A stretch of DNA of 64,000 bases from an uncultured delta proteobacterium (lineage in GTDB: Bacteria > Myxococcota_A > UBA9160 > SMWR01), in the NCBI GenBank assembly GCA_963832165.1, contig CAWHTE010000003.1, forward strand, positions 288,001 to 352,000. The letters are read 5' to 3'. A program made the position numbers and the translations under genes. How positions within the stretch are numbered: position 1 is the first letter of the stretch; each line of letters begins with the position of its first letter. Shown in pieces: positions 18,381-29,102 of the stretch. Under the pieces are notes generated by a model. It saw only the letters and a program-made list of their open reading frames with translations. It was not told where the DNA came from and did no database searches.

Positions 18381-20303
18381 ATGCACGGACTTGGGGCCCG
18401 GATCGCCCTCGTCGCGCTCCTCTGGGCGTTCGCGGCTTCGGGCGAGACGCCCGAGTCGACGCCCGCGGCCGCGCCGGACGGCGCCGCGGCGGTCGCGCTG
18501 CCGACCCCGGATCCCGCGATCCAGCCGCTCCCCGGGGCGGAGGCGGTGCCCCTCGCCCCCGAGGAGACCCCGCACCCGGGGGTCTCGGCGATCGAGCAGG
18601 CCTGGCGGGGTCCCGCGGCCGACTTCGATGCGCGCGTCGTGCAGACGCGGCGTGCCGCGCTCGAGCTCGGCGCCTGGAGCCTCGACGCCGCCGCGCGCTC
18701 GCTCTCGGCGAAGGTGACACCCGCCCCGGAGCTCGACCGCGCGATCGCGGCCGTGCGCCTCGCACCCGACCTGCCCGCGGCGCACATGCGGCTCGCGCTC
18801 GCGCTATGGCTCGAGGCGGGCGAGCCGGTCTCGGCGATCCGCGCCGTGGCAGGTGCGCTCTCGGCGATCGGGCGACACCTCGAAGCGTCGCTGTGGTTCA
18901 CGGGCTCGGGTCTGTTCATGCTCGCGGTCGCGCTCGTGGCGGGAGGCCTGCTCGCGGCGGTGCTCGCGGGCAGCGCGCGTCTCGCACACGCCGCGCACGA
19001 CCTCGGCCACGCGCTTCCGCGCGCGACGCCCGCGTTCGGGAGCTGGGCGGCGCTCGCCGCCGTGCTCGCGTTGCCGCTCGCGTTCGGCGAAGGTGTGCTC
19101 GGGCTAGCGCTCGCGCTGCTCGGTGTGGCGGTGATCTACGGCGGCCGCCGGCAACGGTTCGCGATGCTGCTCGCGGCTGCGGGCATCGGCATCGGCGCCT
19201 ATCCCGCGATGCGCTATGCGGGTGCGGCGTTCGCCGCGTTGCCCGGAGACGCCGTCGCCCAGGCGACCTTCGCGGTCGCCCAGGGCATCCCGACGCCGGT
19301 CGAGCTCGAGCGGCTGTCGAGCCTCGCCGATCGCGACCCGCTCGCGGCGCGCGGCCTCGCGATTCACGCGCGCCGTCAGGGAGACCTCCCGCGCGCGGAC
19401 GCGCTCTACGGTCAATTGCTCGCGAACGGGGCCAGCGACGTGTCCGCGCAGAACAACGCCGCGGACGTACAGCTCGCGCTCGGCAACACCGATCGCGCGA
19501 TCGAGCTCTACGAGCTCGCCGCGCGCAGCGAGTCGCCGGTCGTGCTCTACAACCTCTCCCAGGCCTACGGCCGTGCGTTCCGCGTCGAGGATCTGAACCA
19601 GACGCTCGCGCGCGCGCAGCGCGCCAACGGCGAGCTGGTGTCGCGCCTGACGGCGCTGCAGAGCGGCGGTGCGCAGGGCTTCGTGGCCGACGTGCCGCCG
19701 GGGCCGTCGCTGTACTGGTCGCGCGCGCTGCACGCGCACGCGGGCGCCGATCTCGGTCAGGAATTCCGCGATCACTTCGCGCCTGGACGGCTCGGCCGCG
19801 ACGCGCACGCGTTCGTGGCGGCCGTCCTCGGTCTCGTGCTCGTCGGTGGTCTGTTCGGCGCGCGGATCCACCCGTCGCGCGCGTGCCGGCGCTGCGGCGA
19901 GCGCATCTGCAAGCGCTGCGGACCCAGCGGAGCGTCCGAGGATCTCTGCGACGGCTGCTATACGCTGTTCTTCGCGCCCGAGAAGACCGATCGCACCCTG
20001 CGCGCGGCGCGCGTGAGCGAGCTGCGCACGCGCGAGGAGTGGGTCGGCCGCATGCACGCGGCGCTCTCGCTGCTCGTACCCGGTGCCGCGGGACTGCTCG
20101 CCGATCGCCCGATCCGCGGTTGGATCGGCGCGTTCTGCTTCGCGCTCGCATGCGCCGCCGTGCTGTGGCGCGACGGCGTCGTTCCCGATCCGCTCGTCGC
20201 AGGCGCCGCCGCGCCCGCGGTGTTCCTGGCCACGGCGTCACTCGCCGCGATCGTCTACGTGATCGCGGTGGCCACCTCCCTCGCTGCGCGGAGGCAGGAA
20301 TAG
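18381..20303 (+). CDS. Multi-pass membrane protein with TPR-like repeats and a Cys6 zinc-finger
   Basis: Signal peptide, several TM helices, TPR-like helices (AQNNAADVQLALGNTDRAIELYELA), CRRC-x4-CKRC-x9-CDGC. Confidence 0.75.
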   Translation: MHGLGARIALVALLWAFAASGETPESTPAAAPDGAAAVALPTPDPAIQPLPGAEAVPLAPEETPHPGVSAIEQAWRGPAADFDARVVQTRRAALELGAWSLDAAARSLSAKVTPAPELDRAIAAVRLAPDLPAAHMRLALALWLEAGEPVSAIRAVAGALSAIGRHLEASLWFTGSGLFMLAVALVAGGLLAAVLAGSARLAHAAHDLGHALPRATPAFGSWAALAAVLALPLAFGEGVLGLALALLGVAVIYGGRRQRFAMLLAAAGIGIGAYPAMRYAGAAFAALPGDAVAQATFAVAQGIPTPVELERLSSLADRDPLAARGLAIHARRQGDLPRADALYGQLLANGASDVSAQNNAADVQLALGNTDRAIELYELAARSESPVVLYNLSQAYGRAFRVEDLNQTLARAQRANGELVSRLTALQSGGAQGFVADVPPGPSLYWSRALHAHAGADLGQEFRDHFAPGRLGRDAHAFVAAVLGLVLVGGLFGARIHPSRACRRCGERICKRCGPSGASEDLCDGCYTLFFAPEKTDRTLRAARVSELRTREEWVGRMHAALSLLVPGAAGLLADRPIRGWIGAFCFALACAAVLWRDGVVPDPLVAGAAAPAVFLATASLAAIVYVIAVATSLAARRQE

Positions 20304-21400
20304 TGTCCGCGGGGCTCTCGGGAAATCTCTCCGACTTCGGCATCGCCGACGTCTTCCAGCTGATCGGCCAGCAGCGCAAGACGGGCGTGCTCGAGCTCCG
20401 CTCCGGTGCCTCGCGCGCTCAACTCTCGTTCGACGGGGGTCTCGTCGTGTCGGCCGGGGTGTTCAAGGGCCGTCCGGGCGAGCTCGACCCGGTCGCCGAC
20501 CGGCTGATCCGCTGCGGATACCTCACGCGCGAACGCGCCGACGAGGCGATCGGGGTGGCGCGCGCGTCGGCCCAGACGCTCGCGCGGACGCTGACCTCGC
20601 GCGGGTGGCTCGACGGCGCAACCGTGCGACACGCACTCGATCTCGTGACGCGCGACGCGATCTTCGACGTCCTGCGCTGGCAGAGCGGCTCGTTCGATTT
20701 CCACGCGCAGGCGGTCGAGCACGATCGCGATCCCGCGGAGCTGCTCGCCGCCGAGCAGATCCTCATGGACGGCCTGCGGATGGTGGACGAGTGGCAGAGC
20801 GTTGCGGAGCTCGTGCCCTCCGAGGACATCGTGTTCACGCGAACGGAGGCCGGGGGCGAACACCGCGTCGGCGATGCCGGGCGCGTGCTCGAGCTGATCG
20901 ACGGCCGGCAGTCGGTGCGCCGCGTGATCGATCTCGCGCGGATCGGCACGTTCGACGGAATGCGCATCCTGTCCGAGCTGCGCCAGTCCGGCGCGATCCG
21001 CGCACTGAGCTCCGAGGACGCGCAGCCGCTGCACCGGCACATGCGGTCCGCTCGGCTCGGGCTGCGCGCGCTGTGGAGCACTGCGGCGGCGTTGGTTCCG
21101 CTCGCGGCGCTCGCCGCAGTGGCGTGGTGGACGGCCTCGGCTGCACCGGCCGCGCCGCCGAGCGACCAGAGGATCGTGCGCGGGACGCTCGCGAGTCTGC
21201 GCGAGGACTACGCCGTGCGCGCGGTTCGCCACGCGCTCGAGGCCTATCGCCTCGATCACGGACGCTGGCCCGAACAGCTCGACGAGCTGTCGAGCGCGGG
21301 CCTCCTGCCGCCGGAGACGTTGGCGACCCTCGGGGGGCGCGCTTACTATTCGATGCATCGTGACCAGGGACCGTTCTTCCTGGCGCCCGAGCGCTTTTGA
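20303..21400 (+). CDS. DUF4388 domain protein with C-terminal TM helix and GspG/pilin-like segment
   Basis: GLSGNLSDFGIADVFQLIGQQRKTGVL...WQSGSFDF...ILMDGLRMVDEW; C-terminal ALEAYRLDHGRWPEQLDEL. Confidence 0.8.
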   Translation: MSAGLSGNLSDFGIADVFQLIGQQRKTGVLELRSGASRAQLSFDGGLVVSAGVFKGRPGELDPVADRLIRCGYLTRERADEAIGVARASAQTLARTLTSRGWLDGATVRHALDLVTRDAIFDVLRWQSGSFDFHAQAVEHDRDPAELLAAEQILMDGLRMVDEWQSVAELVPSEDIVFTRTEAGGEHRVGDAGRVLELIDGRQSVRRVIDLARIGTFDGMRILSELRQSGAIRALSSEDAQPLHRHMRSARLGLRALWSTAAALVPLAALAAVAWWTASAAPAAPPSDQRIVRGTLASLREDYAVRAVRHALEAYRLDHGRWPEQLDELSSAGLLPPETLATLGGRAYYSMHRDQGPFFLAPERF

Positions 21401-21445
21401 TCCGAGGCTCGAGCGGCGACGGAGCGTCCCATCGCGAGGAACCCA

Positions 21446-22453
21446 CTGAGCCGCAACGAGTCGAGCACCCGTCAGACCCTCGTCTTCGACGACAACGCCG
21501 CTGCCGCTGCGCTCTATGGGGAGGGCGACCGGACCCTGCGGATGCTGGAGCGCGAGTTCGGCATCCACGCGGGCGCGCGCGGCAACGAGGTGCGGCTGGT
21601 CGGCTCGACGAACGAGGTTGCGCTCGCGCGCAAAGTGCTCGAGCACCTCTACGGCTTGTTGAAGAGCGGCCGGACAGTCGGCGCCGGCGAGGTGCGCGAC
21701 ACGGTGCGCATGGTGACCCAGGAGCCCGATGTCGATCTCGAAGACGCGATCGACGACGTGCTCGCAGACGTCGGGTCGCGGCGGCGCATCGGTGCGAAGA
21801 CGCTCGCGCAACGCCACTACATCGATCTGATGCGCAAACACGACGTGGTGTTCACGATCGGGCCCGCGGGCACGGGCAAGACCTATCTCGCGATGGCGAT
21901 GGCGATCGCAGCGCTCAACCGGCACGAGGTGGCGCGCGTCGTGCTCACGCGCCCCGCGGTCGAGGCGGGCGAGAAGCTCGGCTTCCTGCCCGGGACGATG
22001 GCGGAGAAGGTCAATCCCTATCTGCGCCCGCTCTACGATGCGCTAGGCGACATGATGGACTACGAGAAGTCGATGCGACTGGTCGAGCGCGGCGCGATCG
22101 AGGTGGCTCCGCTCGCGTTCATGCGCGGTCGCACGCTCAACGACGCGTTCGTGATCCTCGACGAAGCGCAGAACACGACGCCCGAGCAGATGAAGATGTT
22201 CCTGACCCGGCTCGGCTTCGATTCGAAGGCCGTGGTGACCGGTGACGTCACCCAGGTCGACCTGCCGCCCGACAAGCGCAGCGGACTCGTCGAGGCGGTG
22301 GAGGTGCTGCGCGGCGTCGAAGGCATCGGCTTCATGTCGTTCGACGAGCGCGACGTGGTGCGGCATCCGCTCGTGCAATCGATCCTGCGCGCTTACGAAC
22401 GGGCGCGCGAGGAGGGCGAGCGGAACAGCGGGGGGAGCTCCGGCCAGGGATGA
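21446..22453 (+). CDS. phoH: PhoH family ATPase (probable CTG start at 21446; first ATG at 21542)
   Basis: GPAGTGKT, RPAVEAGEKLGFLPG, PLAFMRGRT, DEAQN, DVVRHPLV. Confidence 0.95.
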   Translation: MSRNESSTRQTLVFDDNAAAAALYGEGDRTLRMLEREFGIHAGARGNEVRLVGSTNEVALARKVLEHLYGLLKSGRTVGAGEVRDTVRMVTQEPDVDLEDAIDDVLADVGSRRRIGAKTLAQRHYIDLMRKHDVVFTIGPAGTGKTYLAMAMAIAALNRHEVARVVLTRPAVEAGEKLGFLPGTMAEKVNPYLRPLYDALGDMMDYEKSMRLVERGAIEVAPLAFMRGRTLNDAFVILDEAQNTTPEQMKMFLTRLGFDSKAVVTGDVTQVDLPPDKRSGLVEAVEVLRGVEGIGFMSFDERDVVRHPLVQSILRAYERAREEGERNSGGSSGQG

Positions 22454-22878
22454 CGGTGCGCCTCTCCGGGCGACGCGGGAGCCTCGATCGCCGGCGCCTG
22501 AGATCGCACGCGGCGCACATGCTGCGCGAGCTCGGCTGCGCGCGCGCCGAGCTCTCGATCGCGCTCGTGGACGATCCGACGATCGCGGAGCTCAACGAGC
22601 GCTATCGCGGCATCGCGGGCGCGACCGACGTGCTGTCGTTCTCCCTGCTCGAGGGTGCGCACGCGGAGCGCCGCGGTGCGTTGCTGGGCGACGTGGTCGT
22701 GAGTCTCGACACCGCGGCCGTTCAAGCGCGCCGCGCGCGCCGCACGCTCGACGACGAGGTGCTGCGGCTGCTGATCCACGGCACGCTGCACCTGTTGGGA
22801 CACGATCACGAGCGCGATCTCGAGGCACGGCGCATGCGCGCCGAGGAGCGCCGCCTGTGGAAGGCGCTTCGGGCGTGA
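22450..22878 (+). CDS. ybeY: rRNA maturation endoribonuclease YbeY
   Basis: LNERYR...TDVLSF, LGDVVV, HGTLHLLGHDH. Confidence 0.95.
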   Translation: MTVRLSGRRGSLDRRRLRSHAAHMLRELGCARAELSIALVDDPTIAELNERYRGIAGATDVLSFSLLEGAHAERRGALLGDVVVSLDTAAVQARRARRTLDDEVLRLLIHGTLHLLGHDHERDLEARRMRAEERRLWKALRA

Positions 22879-24467
22879 CCCCGTGGGCGCGCGCATCGTG
22901 GGGCGGCGCGGCCGCGCTGGCGCTCTTCCTGTCGTTTCCGCACCCGATCGCGGGTCGCGTGATCGATCTGGGCTGGCTGCTCGCGTGGCTCGCACCCGCG
23001 TTGTTCCTGTGCGCGCTGAGCGGGCTCGCGCCGCGGCGCGCGGCCCTCTGGGGATTCGGGATCCACTGGGTCGCCTACTCGTCGATCCTGCACTGGATCT
23101 ACGTCGTGACGGTCAGCTACGGACACGCCCATCCGGTCGTCGGCGTGATCGCCCCGATCGGGCTCGCGTCCTACATCGCGGTGTTCGGCGGGACTCTTCG
23201 GGCTCGGCCACGCGTGGCTCGCCGCGCGCGGGATCGCATCGCCCTGGAGCGCCGCGTTCGCGTGGACCGCGCTCGACCATCTGCGCTCGTTCGCGCTGTC
23301 GGGCTTCCCGTGGGCCGAGCTGGGTTATGCGCAGCACGACAATTCCGCGCTGCTCGGGCTCGCTTCGTTCACGGGCGTGTACGGGCTCTCGTTCGTGAGC
23401 GTGCTCGGGAGCGCAGCGCTGCTCGAAGCCGTTCGTTCGGCGCGCACGCGCACGCGGCCCGGCGTGGGGGTGCTCGCGGCGTTCGCGGCCGTGATCGCGT
23501 TGCACGGGCTCGGGCTCGCCGCGCCGCGACCGGCCCGCGAGCCGGAGACGGTCCGCGCCGCGGTGATCCAGGGCAACATCGACCAGGGCGTGAAGTGGAG
23601 CGCGGCGTCGATCGAGCAGACGCTCGAGACCTACGAATCGCTCTCGCGCGCGGCCGCTCGCGCCGGCGCCGAGCTGATCGTGTGGCCGGAGACCGCGGTG
23701 CCGGGCCCGCTCGAGGTGGTCCCCGCGCTGCGCACACGGATCGCGGCGCTCGCGCGCGAGACCGGCGCGACGCTCGTGGTCGGCGGGGTCGGCCTCGAGC
23801 TCGACGCCCATGGTCGGCCGGCAGCCTACTTCGACAGCGCGTTCATGCTTCGGGCCAGACGGGCGGCTGCTCGCGCGCTACGACAAGTCGCACCTGGTCC
23901 CGTTCGGCGAGTACATCCCGTTCCAGGATTGGCTCGGGCGGATCCTCTCCGCGGTCGCGCGCGGCATCGCGCAGGTCGGGGTGGAGGCGGGACCCGCGCC
24001 GCGAGCCGTCGCGCTCGCGTTGCCGGATGGACGCGAGATCCGCTTCGGCACCCCGATCTGCTACGAGCTCTTGTTTCCCCGACCTCGTTCGGCGCTTCGC
24101 CGCGGACGGCGGCCGCGCGCTGCTCGCAATCACCAACGACGCCTGGTACGGGCGCACCGGTGCTCCCTATCAGTTCCTCGCGATCACCGAGCTGCGATCG
24201 GCGGAGACGGGGCTCTGGATCGCGCGCGCGGCCAACACGGGCGTGTCGGCGTTCATCGACGGCTCGGGCGCGACCCGCGACGCGACCCCGATCTTCGAGC
24301 CCACGTGGCTCGTGGCCGACGTTCCGCTCCACCCGCAGCCCGCCACCGCGACGTTCTACGTGCGCCACGGCGACGTGTTCGTGTACGCGTGCTGGGCGCT
24401 GTGGCTCGCCCATTTCGGCGCGGCTCGTGCGCGCGCCACCCGGATGAGGAATGCTCCCCGGCCATGA
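22875..24467 (+). CDS. lnt: Apolipoprotein N-acyltransferase; three apparent +1 frameshifts (about 23190, 23850, 24080)
   Basis: GFPW, QGNI, WPET, YDKSHLVPFGEY, ICYE, TNDAWYG, RAANTGVS spread over three frames. Confidence 0.9.
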   Translation: MTPWARASWGGAAALALFLSFPHPIAGRVIDLGWLLAWLAPALFLCALSGLAPRRAALWGFGIHWVAYSSILHWIYVVTVSYGHAHPVVGVIAPIGLASYIAVFGGTLRARPRVARRARDRIALERRVRVDRARPSALVRAVGLPVGRAGLCAARQFRAARARFVHGRVRALVRERARERSAARSRSFGAHAHAARRGGARGVRGRDRVARARARRAATGPRAGDGPRRGDPGQHRPGREVERGVDRADARDLRIALARGRSRRRRADRVAGDRGAGPARGGPRAAHTDRGARARDRRDARGRRGRPRARRPWSAGSLLRQRVHASGQTGGCSRATTSRTWSRSASTSRSRIGSGGSSPRSRAASRRSGWRRDPRREPSRSRCRMDARSASAPRSATSSCFPDLVRRFAADGGRALLAITNDAWYGRTGAPYQFLAITELRSAETGLWIARAANTGVSAFIDGSGATRDATPIFEPTWLVADVPLHPQPATATFYVRHGDVFVYACWALWLAHFGAARARATRMRNAPRP

Positions 24468-25616
24468 ACGAGGTGAAGGCGCAGGGCCCCAGCGATCACG
24501 AGCTCTCCGAGCGTTTTGCGGGCCTGCGCGAGCGCTGGGACGAGCTCCGGGGGCGTCTTTGACCTCGCCCAGCTGCGCGAGCGGATCGCGGCGCTCGAGC
24601 AGCAGTCCGCGGATCCCAACCTCTGGAACGATCGCGAGCGCGCCGAGCAGCTGCTGCGCGAGAAGCGCGGCGCCGAGCGCGAGGTCGCGCGCTACGACGC
24701 GCTGGTCGCGGCACTCGACGACGCCGAGGTGATGATCGAGCTCGCCGCCGAGGCCAACGACGATGGCGCGCGCGGCGAGGCGCTCGAGAAGCTGCACTTC
24801 GCCGAGCGCGAGCTCGACGCCGCCGAGCTCGAGCGGCTGCTCGGCGGCGAGCACGACGCGGGGCCTGCGATCGTCTCGATCAATGCGGGCGCCGGCGGTA
24901 CCGACGCGTGCGACTGGGCGGAGATGCTCATGCGCATGTACCTGCGTTGGTGCGAAGACCACGACTACGCCACCGAGGTGCTCGACGTGCAGCCCGGCGA
25001 CGAGGCCGGCATCCGCGGCGTCACGTTCACGGTGACCGGCCAGTACGCCTACGGCTACCTCAAGGCGGAGGAGGGCGTACACCGGCTCGTGCGCATCTCG
25101 CCATTCGACTCCCAGGCGCGCCGCCACACCGCGTTCGCGAGCGTCGCGGTGATCCCACAGATCGACGATTCGATCGAGGTCGACATCGACGACGGCGATC
25201 TGCGCGTCGACACCTATCGCGCGGGTGGTGCGGGCGGACAGCACGTCAACAAGACCGATTCGGCGGTCCGCCTCACCCACCTGCCGACCGGCATCGTCGT
25301 GCAGTGTCAGAACGAGCGGTCCCAGCACAAGAACCGCGCGTCCGCGCTCAAGGTGCTGCGCGCGCGGCTCTACGAGCACGCGCGCCAGCAGCAGGAAGAG
25401 AAGATGGCGGCGCTGCGCGGCGAGAAGATGAAGATCGACTTCGGCAGCCAGATCCGCTCCTACACGCTGCACCCGCAGCAGCGCGTGAAGGACCACCGCA
25501 CGGATACGGAGATCGGCAACGTCGAGGGCGTGCTCGAGGGAGACCTCGACCGCTTCATCCGTGCGACGCTGCTCTGGCGCGCCGGCGGTCGGGTCACGGC
25601 GGGGTCGTCCGCATGA
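24464..25616 (+). CDS. prfB: Peptide chain release factor 2 with programmed +1 frameshift
   Basis: CTT TGA C at 24557-24563 preceded by GGGGG; SPF and GGQ motifs in the +1 frame. Confidence 0.97.
24548..24563 (+). promoter_or_regulatory. prfB programmed ribosomal frameshift site
   Basis: CGG GGG CGT CTT TGA C matches the internal-SD plus CUU-UGA-C pattern. Confidence 0.93.
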
Positions 25617-27131
25617 GCGAACGAAAGAGCGAGCGCGAGGCACGCCGCGCGAAGCTCGCCGCGCTGCGCGCAGCAGGCGTCGATCCCGTATCCGCCGCGC
25701 GTCGGCGCGCGCGAACCGCTCGCGGACGTGCGCGCGCGCTTCGGCGAGCTCGATACGGCTGCGCTCGCGTCCGATCCGCAGCGCGTGGCGATCGTGGGCC
25801 GCGTGATCGCGCTCCGCTCGTTCGGCAAGCTCGTATTCGCCACGCTGCTCGAGAACGGGGAGCGGCTCCAGATCAGCGCGCGCAAGGGCGATCTCGCGCC
25901 CGAGCTGTTCGATTTCGTCAAGCGCCTCGACGTGGGCGACTTCGTGCGCGTCGAGGGGATCGTCTGGCGCACGCAGAGCGACGAGCTCACCGTGGACGTG
26001 CGAGCGGCCGAGCTGCTCGCGAAGGGCCTCTCCCCGCTGCCCGAGAAATGGCACGGACTCTCCGACATCGAGGCGCGCTTTCGCCAGCGCCACCTCGATC
26101 TGCTCGTGAACGAGGACGCGCGGCGCATCGCGATCCAGCGCAGCCGCGTGGTCTCCGCGATGCGCGCGAGCCTCGACGCGCGCGGCTTCCTCGAGGTGGA
26201 GACGCCCGTGCTCCAACCCCTGTACGGCGGCGCCGCGGCGCGGCCGTTCACCACGCATCACAACGCCTACGATCAGAATCTCTACCTGCGGATCTCGGAC
26301 GAGCTCTACCTGAAGCGGCTCGTCGTCGGCGGGCTCGACCGCGTCTATGAGATCGGGCGGGTCTTCCGAAACGAAGGGGTGTCGCGCAAGCACAACCCGG
26401 AATTCACGATGATGGAGTGCTACCAGGCCTACGCCGACTACCGCGACATGATGGTGCTCGCGCAGTCGCTCGTGCAGGAGATCGCCACGCGCGTGCTCGG
26501 CACCACGCGCATCGACTACCAGGGTCACGCGCTCGAGCTGGCCGGGGAATGGCGTCGCGCGACGCTGCGCGACGCGATCGGCGAAGCGATCGGCATCGAC
26601 GTGCTCGCCCACGCGGAGCTCGGCGCGCTGCGCGACGCCGCGCGCGCGCGCGGGCTCGATCCGGGCGACGCGCCGAGCTGGGGCCGGCTCGTCGACGATC
26701 TGTTCAGCGCGCACGTCGAGCCGACGTTGATTCAGCCCACCTTCATCACGGACTATCCCGTCGAGCTCTCTCCGCTTGCGAAGCGCTCACCCGCCGATCC
26801 GCGTCTCGTGGAGCGCTTCGAGCCGTTCCTCGCCGGCATGGAGATCGGCAACGCGTTCTCGGAGCTCAATGATCCGGACGACCAGCGCGAGCGTCTGCTC
26901 GCGAGTCGCCTCGCGTTCGAGGCCGGCGACGAGGAAGCGCACCCGCTCGACGAGGACTATCTGCGCGCGCTCGAGGTGGGGCTGCCGCCGACCGGCGGAC
27001 TCGGCATGGGCGTGGATCGCCTCACGATGATCTTGTGCGGCGCTCCGAATCTGCGCGAGGTGATCACGTTCCCGCACATGCGGCCCGTCGCGCCGGGCAG
27101 CGAAGAAGACCCCTCGCTAGAGGAAGCATGA
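25613..27131 (+). CDS. lysS: Lysine--tRNA ligase (class II); apparent +1 frameshift near 25686
   Basis: [58 protein letters not shown]. Confidence 0.96.
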
Positions 27132-29102
27132 ACGAGCTGCTCGTCGGTGCGTGGGCCGTATTGACCGCAGCGGGCGGAACCATTGCGCTCGTGCTGATCC
27201 TCGCGCTCGCGGTCGGCATCAATGCGATGACGCTGTTCTTCTTCGGCTCCGCGGTGGTAGTGCTCGAGCGCTTCGCGCGCGTGGCGAACCGCCGCGTCGT
27301 GATCCTCGTGTGCTCGCTGGTCTGGGTGCTGGTGCTCGGCGTGTTCACGCTCTACTGGAACTCCGACGCACTCGCGAGCCTGGACTTCCGGGAGCGACTG
27401 CACGCGTTCGGCATCGGCTGCGCGCGCGCGGCCGCGAGCGTGCTCGTGTTCGTGGTGGTATGCCGTGCCGGCCTGCGCTTCGTCTCGCCGCAGCGGCTCG
27501 GACTGACGGTGCTCGCGGTGCTCGGACTCGCCACCGCTCTCGTGCTCGGCGGCAGCGGGCAGCTCGGCTACGCCGCGGCACCCGTGATCGTGGCCGCTTC
27601 GGCGGCCGCCGTGCTCGCGGTGCGGCGCCGCGCGAGCCGTTCGGACAGCGCGAGCGAGGTCGAGGCGATGTTCGCGGTGCTCGCGGCGTCGCTCGCGATC
27701 GGTCCGCTGCTCGCGGTGGCGTTCGCGGAGCCGAACGAGCCCGTAGCCCAGGTGGGCGCCGTGATCTTCGGGTTCGTGCTCGCGGCGGTGCTCCTGGGCC
27801 TCGTTCCGCTCGCGGTGGCCGGCATCATCGATCGCCGCCCCACGGCCGAGTGGTTCATCGCGGTGCGCTACCTGCTGGCGAAGCGGCGCCAGACCTTCAT
27901 CTCGATCATCACGGGCATCTGCGTGGTGGGAATCGCCGCGGGTGTGTGGCTGATCATCACCGTGCTCTCGGTGATGAACGGCTTCGAGCGCACCTGGCGC
28001 GACGAGATCATCGGAAATCGCGCGCACTTCACCGTGCAGAGCGGCCTGGGCCCGTTCCGGGACTACGATCGCCGTGCTCGCCACCGTCGCGGGTACCGAG
28101 GGCGTGACCGCGGCGTCTCCGTACCTCGACGCCGAGGGCATGGTGCGCGGCGAGGCGGGCGAGATCGTGGCGGTGCGCCTGCGCGGCGTCGACCCGGAGC
28201 GCGTCGCGCACGTGACCGACCTGCGCGACGACATCGTCGACGGCACGCTCGAGAGCCTCGCGCCGGAGGCATCCGACCCCGACGCGCCGCCGATCCTGAT
28301 CGGGAGCCAGCTCGCGAGCGCGCTGGGCCTGCGCGTCGGCCAGCCGCTCCTGCTGATCTCGCCGTTCGGCGGGCCGCAGACTCCGCTCGGGCCCGCGCCG
28401 CGCCTCGCCCGCTTCACGGTCGCGGGGATCTTCGAGTCGAGCTTCTTCCAGTACGACGAGATGTACACCTACACCAACCTCGCCGCGGCGCAGGACTTCA
28501 AGCGCGTCGGCGACGTCGTCGACGGAATCGAAGCGCGCACCACCGACTACTACCGCTCGCGCATGGTCGCCGAGCGGGTGCAGCGAGAGCTCGGCTTCCC
28601 GTACTACACGCGCGATTGGAAGGAGTTCTTCCCGGCGTTCTTCCAGGCGCTCAAGAGCGAGCGCGTGATGATGTTCATCCTGCTCACGATGATCATGGTG
28701 GTCGCGGCGTTCTCGATCGTCTCGACGCTCGTGATGATGATCATGGAGAAGTCGAGCGACATCGCGATCCTCAAGGCGATGGGCGCCGAGGACGACGCGA
28801 TCGAGCGGATCTTCGCGCTCGAGGGCACGCTGATCGGCCTCGTCGGCACCACGCTCGGCGTGATCGCGGGCATCTCGGTCACGGCGCGCATCGCTTTCAT
28901 CCAGCACCAGATCGAGAACGTGCTCGGGATCGATACGCTGCCCGCGAGCGTCTACCAGTTCTCGACGCTGCCGGCCGAGCTCGATGCGGGGCAGATCGCA
29001 CTCGCGGTGGGCCTCGCGCTCGTGCTCGCGCTCGGCGCGACCCTGTTGCCGAGCCGCGGCGCGGCGCGGCTCGATCCCGTGGAGTCGCTGCGTTATGAGT
29101 AG
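27128..29102 (+). CDS. lolC: LolC/E-family lipoprotein-release permease with ~240 aa N-terminal membrane extension; apparent +1 frameshift near 28070
   Basis: FIAVRYL...[51 protein letters not shown]; followed by lolD. Confidence 0.85.

Noticed and set aside
22875..28100. lnt, lysS and lolC as pseudogenes
   Set aside because: Catalytic motifs are intact, the functions are normally essential, and all shifts are +1; sequencing error is more parsimonious.
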